A stretch of DNA of 64,000 bases, from NCBI GenBank assembly GCA_047967505.1, contig CM106538.1, one strand, 5' to 3'. Origin of the DNA: Dipteris shenzhenensis. Its lineage: Eukaryota. The notes below the pieces were generated by a model, which was given only the letters and a program-made list of their open reading frames with translations, did no database searches and had not been told where the DNA came from. Numbering within the stretch: the first letter of the stretch is position 1; the number at the start of each line of letters is the position of its first letter. The position numbers and the translations under genes are program-made. Positions 13,710 through 27,637 of this stretch are shown piece after piece.

Positions 13710-14130
13710 CATGGGTGTCCTCCCTAACCCCAACCCGATTTCCCATGTCACAGGGATTATAGACATAGTTTCTCTGCTAGCTCATGTAAAAGAGAAGATT
13801 GCACAAGAGAGCGACTGGGTGAAGTACAACGTGGGGGTGCGTGCGCTTGGGTGGGGTCCAAGCCGAAGGGTAGTGAAGCAGGGGCGACTGAGGAATGCAT
13901 GACACAACCTACGGGATCTTTGTAGGTTTTGGAGAGACCGCCACGACCACTAGAGCACCAAATATGATTGTGTAAAGGACATAATGTTTTGAGTGGAGGC
14001 CTTCGTGGATTGTGAGTACATAATCGCTGAAGAGCATGACCACATATTAGAAAAAGTGGAGGATGAGGTCCCCAGTGACCCACCTAGTGGCTCGGAGGAG
14101 GAAAGTACCTTAGACAATAATGCAGAGTAG
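13710..14130 (+). pseudogene. Decayed ~140-codon ORF of unknown function inside CACTA copy 3
   Basis: One frame from ATG 13710 (MGVLPNPNP) to an acidic tail (EDEVPSDPPSGSEEES) with three in-frame TGA/TAG stops. Confidence 0.4.
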
Positions 14131-14525
14131 TAAACCTCCTCCACCATTTTGGCATTTTTGGAGAATGTCTCATTTGGAGACAAATTTTTCTTAAACATAC
14201 TTTTGGAGACTTTTTTTTGAATATACATACTCTTGGTGATATTTTTTATATATGAAAATCTTATTGGATTCCACTTGTCTTTCATAATATTTGTCATTTC
14301 AAAACTGGCTTTTCATAATTGTCTTAACTAAATACTTGTCCTTTCATATTTATCCTTTCTACGTTGATGTCATTTCATAATTTTCACAAGTGTTTAATTG
14401 TCTTGAGTTTGAATTTCATACATGTCTTAAGTAATAAATTGTTTTTTTGCTTCTTACCCGCTCTTGTTTTTTCTTTTTTGTCTTTGTATTTGTGTCTACA
14501 TTTGTTCAATCCCCCCAACTTAGAC

Positions 14526-15971
14526 ATGGGATCACGTTGCATGTCTGATGAGTACGGAGACCCTTGTAGGAGGAGACATCATGATTTCTACTCTCCATAG
14601 GACTTTGATTCCACTCAGGTGACACCTAAGGGGCCTTCCCCTGCGACTACTGACTCATCTCGAACCTAGCACTGCGACTACCCCTCAGGGAACTCCTTTG
14701 CTAGCAGCCCATGGCTTTGTCAGGAGTCCCAATGAGTTTGTCTCACAGATGAGCGATGCGGAGGTAGCAAAGTTCTTCTCTCTACTATCCTAGAGGACCT
14801 TATCTCTTCCCTCTCCTACACCAATAGCTATTCATACTCGACAGGCGTCCCCTCTAGCCCCTTCAACTGAGGGGTCATCACTTGGGCATACCCATCGTAA
14901 GGGAAAGAAGAGTAGGAAGGGTCGAGGCTGGGGTGTGCTGACACGGGAGATGTAGACGAGCCAGCACACTCACATTCCTATAGGTCTCCACTTGGTCATG
15001 AGACCCAGTACCAGCAAGTCCCTTGACCTCTCCCACTCCCTTTCCTACTCCTTGCTCCATAAGTGCTCGCAATAACACCCCTTGCTCTAGCTCTGCCACT
15101 TTCATGACTCCTCCTTTCCCGCCCAAGGACATGTCCTATGAAATCACTAGGGCTGGAGAGATAATAGAAAATAAAGAGGGCTGAGGAGTGATCACCACCA
15201 TGAGGAGGTTGATGAGCCACCACTTCAAGAGTGGCATAGCTACTGATTGATGGTACCAAGATGACGAAAAGAAGCAGGCAGTCATTGATGAACTGAAAAG
15301 ACAATACCCTAACCCCCCAAATTGGGAGTTCAATGAGGATTACATGCGAGAGTGCATGGGTGGGGTCTTGCATCATAGGTCAACCTTCCATACTTCCATC
15401 GCAAAGGGAAAGGCTAGACCCAGCTGGATAGACAAAGTTGACTAGAAGTTTTTCAAGAAGCAGTACAGGGACCATCCCAAAAAGTTCAAGAGTCAGAGGA
15501 CAGCTGCAAGGAGATGGCTAGACTCTATAGGTACTTCGTTGGTGCAGATGGACATATACTGCATGCACTTTATCTAACTCTCATAAATAGGGCCCACAGC
15601 AAGCTGCGATGGGTCACCTTCCCATAGACAAAGAGGCAAGACACGCGTTCTGCATAGAAACAAAGCCGTGGTTTATTGAGATGGAGGCCATGGGAGCGAC
15701 GGTCGATTCGGCTAAGGTGACTGCTCACATGGTATAAGTCTACTCCTACTTGTAATCTCACTTTTTAAATCATTTTATTCTTTAAGTTCGAATCTGATTT
15801 CCAATTAATATGGTTTCACTCTTAGGGTGCGAGCTCGAACGTCCCATCAGTGGAGGTGAGCAATGATGATGAGGGATTTGGCTTACATGGCTTCGATGAG
15901 GGCCAGGGATCTCAGGCCAGTGCAACCACAATGACGATGAGGAGAAGGATGATGATTCTGATGAGCAGTAG
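14526..15971 (+). pseudogene. CACTA TnpA-like gene, more diverged copy with many stops
   Basis: Colinear with 819-2368 (ATGGGATCAC start, HHFKSGIATD, KKQAVIDELK). Confidence 0.75.
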
Positions 15972-16929
15972 TGTTAGTAGTAGTTTGTATATACTTCAGC
16001 ATGTACATGCTTCTGTATGTCGGCTCATTTGAGCGATGTTGTGTCACCCTTTTCAGAAGGGTAATTTTGTAACAAACAATGTTGTATATCTTGGCATGTA
16101 TATGCTTCTATCGCTCAGCTCATTTGAGTGATTTTGTATCACCCCTTTCACAAGGGAAATTTTGTAACAAACAACATTCTTTTGTAATTACTAAAAAAAA
16201 ACATTAGTGGGGCAAAACAGGGCTTGTTGTGGCCCTGTTCAGCCCCACTAATGTTTATTTTAAGATTATGTTAAGCATCACTATATAGCGACGTTTACTA
16301 GTGTCGTTATATAGTGACATTTACCAGAGTCGCTATATAGTGACGCTTACATAGTGACCGTTCTTTTTTTATGCTAATAGTGACATAAATAATGACCTTT
16401 GCGCCGGTGAAAAAAAAACTTTTTAGTGTAAAAAAGGTCGGTATTTCCATCGGAAAATGGCCTGTGCCTTGTAGTGATATGTATTGTCCACTCTATTGAA
16501 TATATATTCAATTATCATGAATGCAAACAAGTTGATTTGATCAAACTTTACGAGCTCGACCTCTAAAATTTGCAGTCACTGTCACATACCTTCCACCCAT
16601 TGGATGCCTCCCAATAGCGACCACCATGAGCTTCTACTAAATGTGTAGTGTAGCCAACCCAAACAACTTGCAGATATTCAAGAGTGTGCTAGGTGTCAAG
16701 GACTACTTCACATGAAAAAGTATCCTTGAGATAGATCTATACATGGTTAATTTGGCATAGTTGAACCTAAAATGAGCAAGACAAGCGATTGGAAAAGCAC
16801 AATCAATGAAGAGAAATAAGCTTTCATTTGTGCAACAATGTATTTTGCTCTTCATTGAATCTACTATGTTTCTTGAGGATAAAGCATCCGAATGCACAAT
16901 TCATTCCCATGAATCTATGATTCATGGCA

Positions 16930-19224
16930 TAGGGATTCTTGTGCAAGAGTCATTAGTATATATCACGGAGTTTCTTGCATCCATGGATCCCGATATGCTG
17001 CAAGCTTCGCATAACAAGGATGATGATCGCATCGTGGGCGAGGTTCCCTAGGGAAAAGGGATTGAAAGAAAGATGAGCGAAGAGCAAATGGAGAAATTCA
17101 ATAAGTTTTGTATCCTCAATAGCAAGGAGATGCAGAAGTGGATTGAGAGATATGAAGCAGCCAAAGCAAAAAGAATAAATTCAAGGATGAGATTCAGAGT
17201 AATGTACAAGTGATGGTAACCATATCCACGGGATCTGGCTCTTCTCCCCACTCACATGTCACTTGATTGGCTACAAGTGGCTCTACATAAAGCTAAACGT
17301 GATGGAGAGACAATAAACGAGTGCGCGAGCGAGAGTTATCATCTGGATGTATGATGCATGTAAGTTTCTTACCTCTTGACATAATTAAGTAATTATTTGT
17401 GGCAATATACGCTATAAAATAGATGCATCTTCATTGTTTTAATGATGCTCTTTTACAATACAAAAAGTATAGTGCTTTATGGTCATATGGACGACATTTT
17501 CACGTGGAACGCATCGATTCAAAGAGAGTCACGTATGATTGTGGAGTCATGGCTAACTTCACACAAGATAGCTGAGCAAGTGCTTCAGATAACAATCTTC
17601 TCTCCCACAATTAGATTATTGTGGAACCATATGTGAAATCTATGAAGTTGATTTCAGACGATTTAGTATTTTCATTCTTGATGTAAAATGGTTTAGAACT
17701 ATTACAATGGTCCCCATGCGACAGTGAGACAAGATAGTACTGGTTTCTTTGCAATAGACTCCACCAAACATTGGACCGATGAAAGTGATACTTTTATTCT
17801 TCCCGAGCACTGTGAGCAGGTGCATACTAATGATTTAATTAATCGAAGCTTTTGTTTTTAAAGATCCATTGATACATGTTACTAAGCATAATTTCATATA
17901 TATAATTGACAACATTTGGCACCCATCTTCAATATAGGTGGTTTTGCATCCGAATCATTTTGATCCAAGATGGTGGTACGTGATCCAAGTTGCACCATAA
18001 AGTAAGCAAATTTTTAAAGATATAGATGTGGATATGGAGATGCCACTACCAATGCTGAATCCAATTGATCCAGATGAATCTAGCGAAGAATATGAAGATC
18101 ACAATATGAGCTAAGAGGAAGAAGCGCATAATGACATCGCATGGGAGGAACATGGAGATCACGATATTGAGGAAGAAGACAACGATCATCAAGAATCACC
18201 ACACTTTATTGAGGAAGATGATCAAGTACTTTTAGGTGAACATACGATGCTAGAATGAAAGTGATACTTTTGTTCTTCCCAAGCACTGTGAGCAGGTGCA
18301 TACTAATGATTTAATTAATTGAAGCTTTTGTTTTTAAAGATCCATTGATACATGTACTTAAGCATAATTTCATATATATAATTGATGACATTTGGCTATA
18401 GGTGGTTTTTCATCCAAATCGTTTTGATCCAAGATGGTGGTATGTGATCCAAGTTGGACCACGAAGTAAGCAAATTTTTGAAGATAGAGATGTGGATATG
18501 GAGATGCCACTACCAATGCCGGATCCAATTGATCCCGATCAATCTAGTGAAGAAGATGAAGATTACAATATGAGCCAAGAGGAAGATGCGCATAATGACA
18601 TCGCACGGGAGGAGGATGGAGATCACGATATTGAGAAAGAAGACAATGATCATCAAGAATCACCACACTTTATTGAAGAATGATGATCAAGTACTTTTAG
18701 GTGAACGTACGATGCTAGAGTATGATGATGATATTGGAGATCAACTCGGTATAGAGTTAGAGATAGACTTGTTTGGCGTGTTAGACTTGGCTCAAGATGA
18801 AACAGTTGATGTAAATGCTCTTCATTTATTTTTTTCATCTCAAACTTGGACATAAATATATGAGATTCAAAGGCTTGATGTACATGCTCTCATACTTTTA
18901 TTCTCTCAAAAGATCAAACATGTATGAAAATTTAAAAAAATTGATCATTGGAAAAAACTAACTTTTAAGGCCTATATGAGTACAAAAGCTCTCTGGAAAA
19001 TGTCGCTATAAAATAGTATCTCAGTGTTGCTATATAGTGACACTTACATTTCTGATAAACATTGCTATATAGTGACTTTAGAAATCGTCGCTATATAGCG
19101 ACATTTTCTTAAAGTCGCTATATAGCGACTTTAACGGGATGCGCTTCCCATACCGACGATTAGCACCCTGTGCGCGCTAAATGTTGGTACTTAATTATCA
19201 CAATAGGATCCATGTGTAGTAGTG
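16930..19224 (+). mobile_element. CACTA copy 4: TnpD 3' fragment with a 476-bp tandem duplication, and end B
   Basis: Homologous to ~6445-8215; 17779-18254 repeated from 18255; ends TGTGTAGTAGTG at 19224. Confidence 0.85.
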
Positions 19225-20122
19225 CCCTTCATGATATAACAAGGAGAGAGAAGAATATGATATTATGCATGGACTAGAGGGGTTGAGATGAGTATAAGGA
19301 CTTGAAAGAGGAATGGCTTATTTGGATGCGTTTTCCAAGAGCATATTTTTGAAATTCTCAGCATACCTTCGTGGGAAGTTTTTATTGAAGACTTGTGATT
19401 TTGGGAAAGCGAAAATAAGACTTAATATAAATTGCATTTTGTATTTTTTTGTTGGCCTTCAAATGGTAATTGGGGTGGTGCTGCATGGCGATGATTCTAT
19501 TTGGTGTGTGGCCTGGTGCATGGAGATGATTTTCTTTATGGAGGGCTAGTACATGACGATAGTTCTACAAAATTGTCCTCTTGCATTGATTTTGGTGGAG
19601 GGATGATGGATGTGTTAGGGTAATTCAGGACTCAAAAATGGCCAATAGTGTATTCAAAAAATTTGTACTTGTCCAAAGTCCAATTACAAAACTAGACTAA
19701 AGGAAAGTTCAAAAATCCCAAATACACTCCTAATGCAGTTTTTGAAGCTAACTTTTCAAACCAAAGTTTAATGAAACGACCAATTGCTTCATGAGATTAC
19801 CAAAATACTTAATATTATGAATATTTTGCTAGTGATGAATAGTTTGCTAATGCAATTTTTAAGCTTGATTGACTATATATTTCTAAGGCTTTTTAAGATT
19901 ACTTGAATTATGCTATAGGGTCAAAAACTTTCCATGAACATTATACTGTCTATAATTTCTGAAGAACATTAACAGATTGACCAATTCTCTTGCACAGATG
20001 GTATACATATGCACTGTCTTGGTGTAGAAATACACCCTTAAGTATAAAAGAATAATTAAGAACTATTATTATTTAACACAATGTTGCCAGTATAAGATGA
20101 AAATAAAGGTTTCCATGATACT

Positions 20123-23100
20123 TACATCTCGTGATATGCCATAAATAGGACTCGCACGCCATGTAAATGTAAAGGCTGTAACCATTTACAAACATCAGTT
20201 ATCGTCTTTCTGCTATCGCTAAGTATAGGAGAAAGGAGGGAATCCAACATATACACACGGTTTTGTACGACTCTACAAAATCGTGAGATAACTATACTGC
20301 ACCAACAAATAAATGAATATTGGCTTATTAGATTTAATGAAAATATTGAATTATCATGCAGAGAAAAAGTTTGTATCAAACCTGAGAATGGCCATCATAA
20401 CGTTGTTATTGACCTCATTTGAAGCTCTAGAGAGGATTGAAATCTCCTCTCCCCCAAATTCAAGATACTGAGGTCTATGTTGAATCATAACCCTAACATT
20501 AAAAGAGCTTCCCAATTCTTCCAATGAAGCCATGTTTGTAGAGTTGAGGTCTTCTATCCCCTTTGACTCTTTGATGGAATTCATTTTGCACTCCTCTGAG
20601 CCATTATCTATTTGCCTTATGGGAGGGTCCATAATGTTGCCCTTAATGATTGCTCGAATGGTACATGTTATAAATGCATAGAGATGCAAATCCGTATATG
20701 TTGATAGTGTGGTGTCATTTTGTATCTCAAAAATTTGACCAAGTACCAAAAAGCAATTGTAGCCCACCTCCATACACAATTATAGATGTGGCTATCCTCT
20801 TTATGTGATACCTGATATGTTATATACTCTATTTGTTGTGCTAAGTCACATTGCCGCATTACTGTGTCGATAGCACCTACTCACTTTTGAGCTGATCTGC
20901 ACATCAAAACATATAACAATAGTGAATATGTGCATTGCATATCAATCTACATGTCAAGAAGTGACAACAAGTGTAGTCTATACTTACTCTAACACAGTGC
21001 CATGGACGGATGTCATTGAGTTGGCAAAGAAGCACTTCTTAGCAAAGATGTCCATGACCACCAAACTCCAATGTGAGCTGCATTATCAATAAAGAATAAT
21101 TACTGTGTTTGAGAAAATTCTAGCAACGCAATAGAAAAAACAAGTAGGGTTTGATGCTTAGTTCTCATAATATGCTGTAAAGATAACTCGTGCCTCATTC
21201 ATAGGAACGTGCTTCAACCACTTGCAAACATCCTCTATGGTTTCTTATTTGTTACTAAGCACTTCCAAAATAAGAGGATCGAGCATTTATGAAACGCTTT
21301 GTATATTTTGAGGAAAATTTGCTATAACATTACTATATTTAAAAAAAAAGTATTAGCTTCTTGGGTTTAATCAAAATAAGCGAAGTACAAAGCCAAGGAA
21401 AAGGCTGCATCAAACCTGAGGATGGTTGTAATGACTTTGACATTAACCTCTTTCTTAGGATTCAAGAGGATTAAAATCTCTTCTTCACCAAATTCAAAAA
21501 AATGAGGTTGTTGTCGAATTAACAACATAGCGGTGAATGAACTTCCAATCTACTGCAATAGAGTCATATTTTCATGACTCATCTTATTGAGAGAGTAGTC
21601 TACATCGTATTCTTCTTCACTTGCTATGTCTTCTACATCCTCCTTCTACTATAAAAATATAAAAAAGTTATGAGATGTACACATCCCAAATAAAGGCTTA
21701 AACAAGCATAGAAATATAAAGATAAGATTTCATACATGCTGCAATGTAGTCATATTTTTAGGTTATTCCCCAACATTAATAATGGTTTTTTCATTAGACT
21801 GCATAGAAGTATATAGATAAGGTTTCATAAATGCTTTCATTAGAGTGAGTCTCTCCTCCTCTTAAAGCAAAAATTTAAAAAGTAAGGTTTCATACATGCT
21901 TTCATTAGAGTGAGTCTCTCCTCCTCTTGGAGGAAAATTTAAAAAGTTATGAGATTTACACATCCCAAATAAAAATAAAGGTTTAAGTAATCATAGAAGT
22001 ATAAAAATAGCATGCTTTCATTAGACTCAGTCTCTTCTCCTCTTGGAGGACAATATAAAAAAGTTATGAGATTTACACATCCCAATTAAAGGCTTGAACA
22101 AGCATATAAGTATAAAGATAAGGTTTTATACATGCTACAATGTAGTCATATTTTCAGGTTGTTTCCCAATGGTAGTAATAAGACGCTGAATACTCTCAGC
22201 CTGAAACACTAGTAGATCGGCCTCTGTATATGATTCCATTTTGACTGGTAACTCCAAATCAAAAATCTCTCTAAGAAACAACATGCAGTTGTAGGCAACT
22301 CTCCACCCACAGCTGTGCCCATCTTTTTGCTCCACTGGTAGATGTCACTTGGTCTTGTTGCTCCGTGGTTGTTTTGACAGCACTGGTAGACATCATTTGA
22401 ATTCTACTTGGACTTGTTGCTCCGTGGTTGTTTTGACAGTAGATACTAGCCGATATGCAGCACTGTCCATCATGACATATTAAATATATTAATATGTCAT
22501 GATCATAAGATACAAAATAAGAAAGTAACAAAAATATTAAGAGAATAATTACCTTGGGGAGTTGGCATGATAGCCTTCCATTGAATTCACAAACCACAAA
22601 CGGTTGATTTCAAGGTCCCACGTGATCAGACTCCAATGTGAGCTACACGACCAAATTAAAAATTATTATTGTTTTACACAAACTTGCCAAAGAAATAGTA
22701 AAAATAAGGTTGGAGTTGATACTTATTCCTTATGATAAGGCATAAATATGACTCGCACCCCATCTAAATTTAAAGGGCTTAACCAGGTACAAACATCTTC
22801 TATAGTTTTTTTCGGAGAGCTAAGAATAGAAGAAAGGAGAGCATCGACCATGTAGACATGATTCTGCACTGCACTAGGAAGCTGAAAAATAACTACACTA
22901 CACCAAGAAATAAACAAACGTTAGCTCATAGAATTGATTTGCATTCTACACTAGGAAACTGAGATATAACTACACTGTAAACAAATAAACAAATGTTAGC
23001 TCATTGAAGTAGCAACAAATAAACAAACGTTACCTGAGAATGGCCAGGATAACATTCTCATTAACCTCTTTTAAAGGATTGGAGAGGATTGAAACCTCCC

Positions 23101-24628
23101 CTCTACCAAAGCTCAAATACTGAGGTTCTCCTTTCAAAACGATCCTAATTACTTCAAATGAGCTTTCCATTTTATCCAATGTAGCTAAATTTGCAGAATG
23201 GGTCTCTGTCATATCTTGTATTCTATGTTTGCAGTCATTCTGCTTTTCCATGGTGTCTTTAAAGCTCTTGTGCTCATGGGATTCTTCAATCAAATTTAGA
23301 GGTGGTTGCATTGCTGAAGTAGAAGGGAGTGCCTCCATATTGACTTCATCCATTTCTTCTCCCTCTATTGCCTGTAAACAAATATGAGAGATTAGATTCA
23401 TTATCTTTAAATTTAAATCTTGTTTAAAAAATTATATTTAGTTGAGAAATAGAGAGTTCATGCCGCTAAGTATTGTCGTAGTGGCCTTTTTAATAACCCT
23501 GCGAGCCATAATTATCAAAGAAGGCATCATCATCTTTCTCTTCATCCACCAATCTCTCTCTGAACGGGTCATGTAAGTCCATCTTTTCATCATCATCAAC
23601 TGCGACATTATGATCTTCAAGGTCATCATCCATGTCATCAGTCTCCTTGTGCTCTACCTCTTTTTCATAGCCTGTGGTTAGATCTGCTTGAAGCTGAAAA
23701 TAAGCCATGAAATGCTTGTTTTCAATAATATTTGTGGAGTTGCCTTTTCTAAGGAGATCCTCAAATAAATATCCCATCTTGCTCAAGGTGACCTCCCAAC
23801 CTGCCGGTAGCAAATTCTCCATCATGGTAAGCAAGAGACTCTCACTTTTTGCAGGACTTCCATAGTTGTTTTTTTGATAATGTATGGACGTGGGAATATC
23901 TTGCTCTTCTAGCATCAATCTCAAATTATTTGAATTCCCTCTTATGTTCTTTTGTAAGGAGTAATCAGGGTTGGGACTCCGCATACACAAGAAGAATGAT
24001 TCAAGAGATTGAATCGCTTTGCCACATTCTCTCTTGCCTCTCTTTGCTACATAAACACCACTATAGATCTTCAAATCTGATGAATATGCTTGCTCTAGAG
24101 TAACCTGCATGGCTTCTTTGTCTTTTTTATCAACAAAAATGACAATGTTGCAAATTGCCACTTTGCTAATGGTGGTATATTATACTATTCTATCAATGAA
24201 GTTATGGATATCATCGCTAGAAACTTCATTGATGAAGAATAGTTGTGGCTTGTCCCATGCTGACTCATTCTTGATGAAGTCATCTTCTAAAACTCCCCTA
24301 AAGTTCACAAGCTTTCCAGACTCTGCCATAACCTCTACATTAAATTGGAAGCTTTGGTGCATATTTGTTGGCATCCTTATCTCGATGATTAATCTTTCCA
24401 CATATGCAACCACCTGTTGTGGGATTTCTTTTCTCATGTAAGAGGTTACTATTTCTGACCCATCTTCATCCTTTTTAATCCACCTGTTTGCCCATAGCTT
24501 TACCTTGGGTGTTGACAAAGAAGATATATGCTTGACCACATTATAGTCAATGTTACAATGACTAAGTGGAATTTGTTTCTCTGACAACAAATACTTAATG
24601 GCACTATGCATTGCATTGTGCCTCACCT
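20123..24628 (-). pseudogene. Cargo gene copy A, C-terminal part: degenerate DNA-MTase-like fold, acidic linker, two complete and one partial Ulp1/C48-like modules
   Basis: ORFs 24180-24628 and 23490-24161 align to 40473-41963; repeated exon set EISIL..KEVN..AILR / YMVD.LLS / HWSL / EQKDGHSCGWRVAYN. Confidence 0.72.
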
Positions 24629-25730
24629 CACTACTACACATGGATCCTATTGCGACGTTTACATACCGATGTTTAGCACACATGGGGCGCTAATCATCGG
24701 TATGAAAAGTGCGTTCTGTAAAGCGTCGCTATATAGTGACCATTATAAAGGTCGCTATATAGTGACTTATGAGTGTCGCTATATAGTGACACTGAGATAC
24801 TATTTTATAGTGACGTTTTCCAGAGAGGTTTTACTCATATAGGCCTTAAAAGTTAGTTTTTTCCAATGACAAGTTTTTTTTAATTTTCATACATGTTTGA
24901 TCTAATAGAGAATAAAAATATGAGAGCATGTACATCAAGCCTTTGAAGCTCATATATTCATGTCTAAGTTTGAGATGAAAAAAATCAATTAAGAGCATTT
25001 ACATCAACTGTTTCATCTTGAGCCAAGTCTAAGGCACCAAACAAGTCTATCTCCAACTCTATACCGAGTTGATCTCCTATATCATCATCGTACTCTAGCA
25101 TCGTACGTTCACCTAAAAGTACTTGATCATCTTCTTCAATAAAGTGTGGTGATTCTTGATGCTTGTTGTCTTCTTTCTCAATATCGTGATCTCCATCTTC
25201 CTCCCGTGCAATGTCATTATGCGCATCTTCCTCTTGGCTCATATTGTGATCTTCATCTTCTTCGCTAGATTCATTGGGATCAATTGGATCCGGCATTGGT
25301 AGTGGCATCTCCATATCCACATCTCGATCTTCAAAAATTTGCCTACTTCGTGGTGCAACTTGGATCACGTACCACCATCTTGGATCAAAATGATCCGGAT
25401 GAAAAACCACCTATATTGAAGATGGGTGCCAAATGTCGTCAATTATATATATGAAATTATGCTCAAGTACATGTATCAATGGCTCTTTAAAAGCGAAAGC
25501 TTCGATTAATTAAATCATTAGTATGCACCTGCTCATAGTGCTCGGGAAGAACAAAAGTATCACTTTCATCGGTCCAATGTTTGGTGGAATCTATTGGAAA
25601 GAAACTGCTACTATCTTTTCTCACTGTCGCATGGGGACCGTTGTAAAAAGTTCTAAACCATTTTACATCAAGAATGAAAATACTAAATTGTCTAAAATCA
25701 ACTTCATAGATGTCACGTATGGTTCCACAA
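24629..25730 (-). mobile_element. CACTA copy 5, end-B portion (last TnpD exons), separated from the rest of the element by an inversion
   Basis: Starts CACTACTACACATGG at 24629; palindrome array to ~24820; ORFs 24985-25410 and 25487-25730 match the TnpD C-terminus. Confidence 0.88.
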
Positions 25731-27637
25731 GCTACATTCTTAAAAAAAGATATGACTTCAAGCCTTGTAGTAGGCATAATGATAGAGCCAAAAGAGACTT
25801 TTATGGACATTTTCACAAAGAGTTTAGATCCTGAAGTTGGTGGTCTTCATTTTGTTGTGTCAAGGAGCCTTGTAGTAGGCATAATGATAGAGCCAAAAGA
25901 GACTTTTATGGATATTTTCACAAAGAGTTCAGATCCTGAAGTTGGCGGTCTTCATTTTGTTGTGTCAAGGAGAGACTCAAAGACCTCTGTGATGCCTCCT
26001 CCTCAACCATCAAAGTTTCCAGAGCTGCAAAGTGCAGTGGAGGCTCTTGCATATACTTGGGAGCAATTTCCTAGTGTGGTGGCAAAAAGGATGCATGCAA
26101 AGATAATGTTTGAGTACTTTTAGGATGCACAATATGCTCCTCAGATTCAAGGATCTTCACATGAAGGAGATCAAGCACAGACTTCGATGCAGGGGCAAGA
26201 AGAACATGCACACTATCACAAACATGTAGAACATGAGCGCAAACTTCTAGAGCAAGAAATGGTGGATGTCACTAAGGATGATGAAACAAAAGCCTTGAGT
26301 GCACGGGAATTAAAAAAAATTGAAGAAGATGAAGGTCGATCCACTGCAGTTATGCTAGAAGCTCTTGCTAGCAAACCACGACATGAAATGCAAAAGGCTA
26401 GTACTGCAAGAGCCACGGTTCCAAGCAGTAAAAAAAGGCATTGTCCCACTGTAGAGAAAGATCATGTGGATGAAAAATGGTTAAAAGAAGAGAAAGGTGA
26501 AGAAGACTCAGAACTCGAGGCTGAAGATGATCAGGATGAACTCACATCAATAAAAAATCTTAATCTGTGTCTTAATGAAGCAGTAACAGATGATGATGTG
26601 GGGTATATCTGGGGTCAAAGGACGTGGTTTGTGAATGCCAAAGATGTAGAAGCTACAACTGTCTTTACTAATAGCCGAAGCCTTGATATATCCTATGCAC
26701 TGCAAATATACGAGGCTTTGAGAGATGGAAAGAAACCTGTGGCAAGCAACGTGGTCCTGCACCCAATAATGTTTTGTCCAATCAAAAATAGCTTTTTGGA
26801 TCAAATAACATTTACAAGGCCTACACATTTCGAGGAAACCTTCAGTCGATTCTTTAAAGACACTCTTGAAAATATTCCACATGAACAAGGCAAAGAGACA
26901 CAAGGTGAGAATATGTTAAAGGAAGCAAAGAAGGAATTCCTCCTCCATTGCAGATTCCAGCCCATTGATGGTTAACATTGGGCTTATGCTTGTAATCAGA
27001 TCGCAAAAGAAGCAATGGAGGTCAAAAGACTCACTTCAGAACAATTTGCAAAGATAAGTTCATTCCATTATTATCCTGCAATAATCTGTATATTCAAGCA
27101 TGAGATCAAGTATTTGATTGAGTCCGAAAGACTTAATCATTATGTCCATGGAAAGCATAAGATATCCTCAACATCAGAGGTCTTACAGAAGGCAAGGGTT
27201 ATATGGATAACATTTGGTTCTCCAAATCCTGATTTGAAGTGAAAGGTCACAAAAGCAGACGCCGACACACTCACAAACTTCTATACTTCTTTGAGTGTAG
27301 TTGTGCCTAGGGGAACTCAAGAGCAAGAAGAAAATATGACAAGCCTCAAGGTGGTGAGAGACAAATATGCCGACTACACTTCTATCATATTTCCTCCTAT
27401 TGAAGTGTTTAATGAGATGCTTGTGAGCATGGAGAGTTGACCTATGAAGCTCCTTTGTTTGTCTCCGAAAAGTCAAAGGTAATGGATAAGAAGGAGTTGA
27501 CGGCAAGGATGTGGAGGCCTATAAAGTACTTACCTGACAAGTATGCATCCATGGCAGCACAAAAACTTTTAAAGAAAGAATGGTTTTTTGGAAAGAAAGA
27601 CAAAGACCACTACATGGAAGAAAGCATCAATGTACAG
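25731..27637 (+). pseudogene. Cargo gene copy A, N-terminal part with ParB/Srx-like domain (inverted segment)
   Basis: Translation aligns with 41640-43670: LNEAVTD.D.GYIWGQ, NSRSLDISYA, QPIDG*HWAYA, YLIESERLNH, KEWFFGKKDKDH. Confidence 0.78.

Larger units (their letters stand above)
8216..16476 (-). mobile_element. CACTA/EnSpm copy 3 (internally deleted), host to a MITE and a Copia element
   Basis: Minus-strand TnpD 3' fragment 8224-9638, plus-strand TnpA-like gene 14526-15971, palindrome array 16277-16390, end A ...GCCTTGTAGTG at 16476. Confidence 0.75.

Noticed and set aside
16477-16930. Possible decayed minus-strand coding fragment between CACTA copies 3 and 4
   Set aside because: Several stops and no recognisable motif; left unassigned, as is 19225-20100
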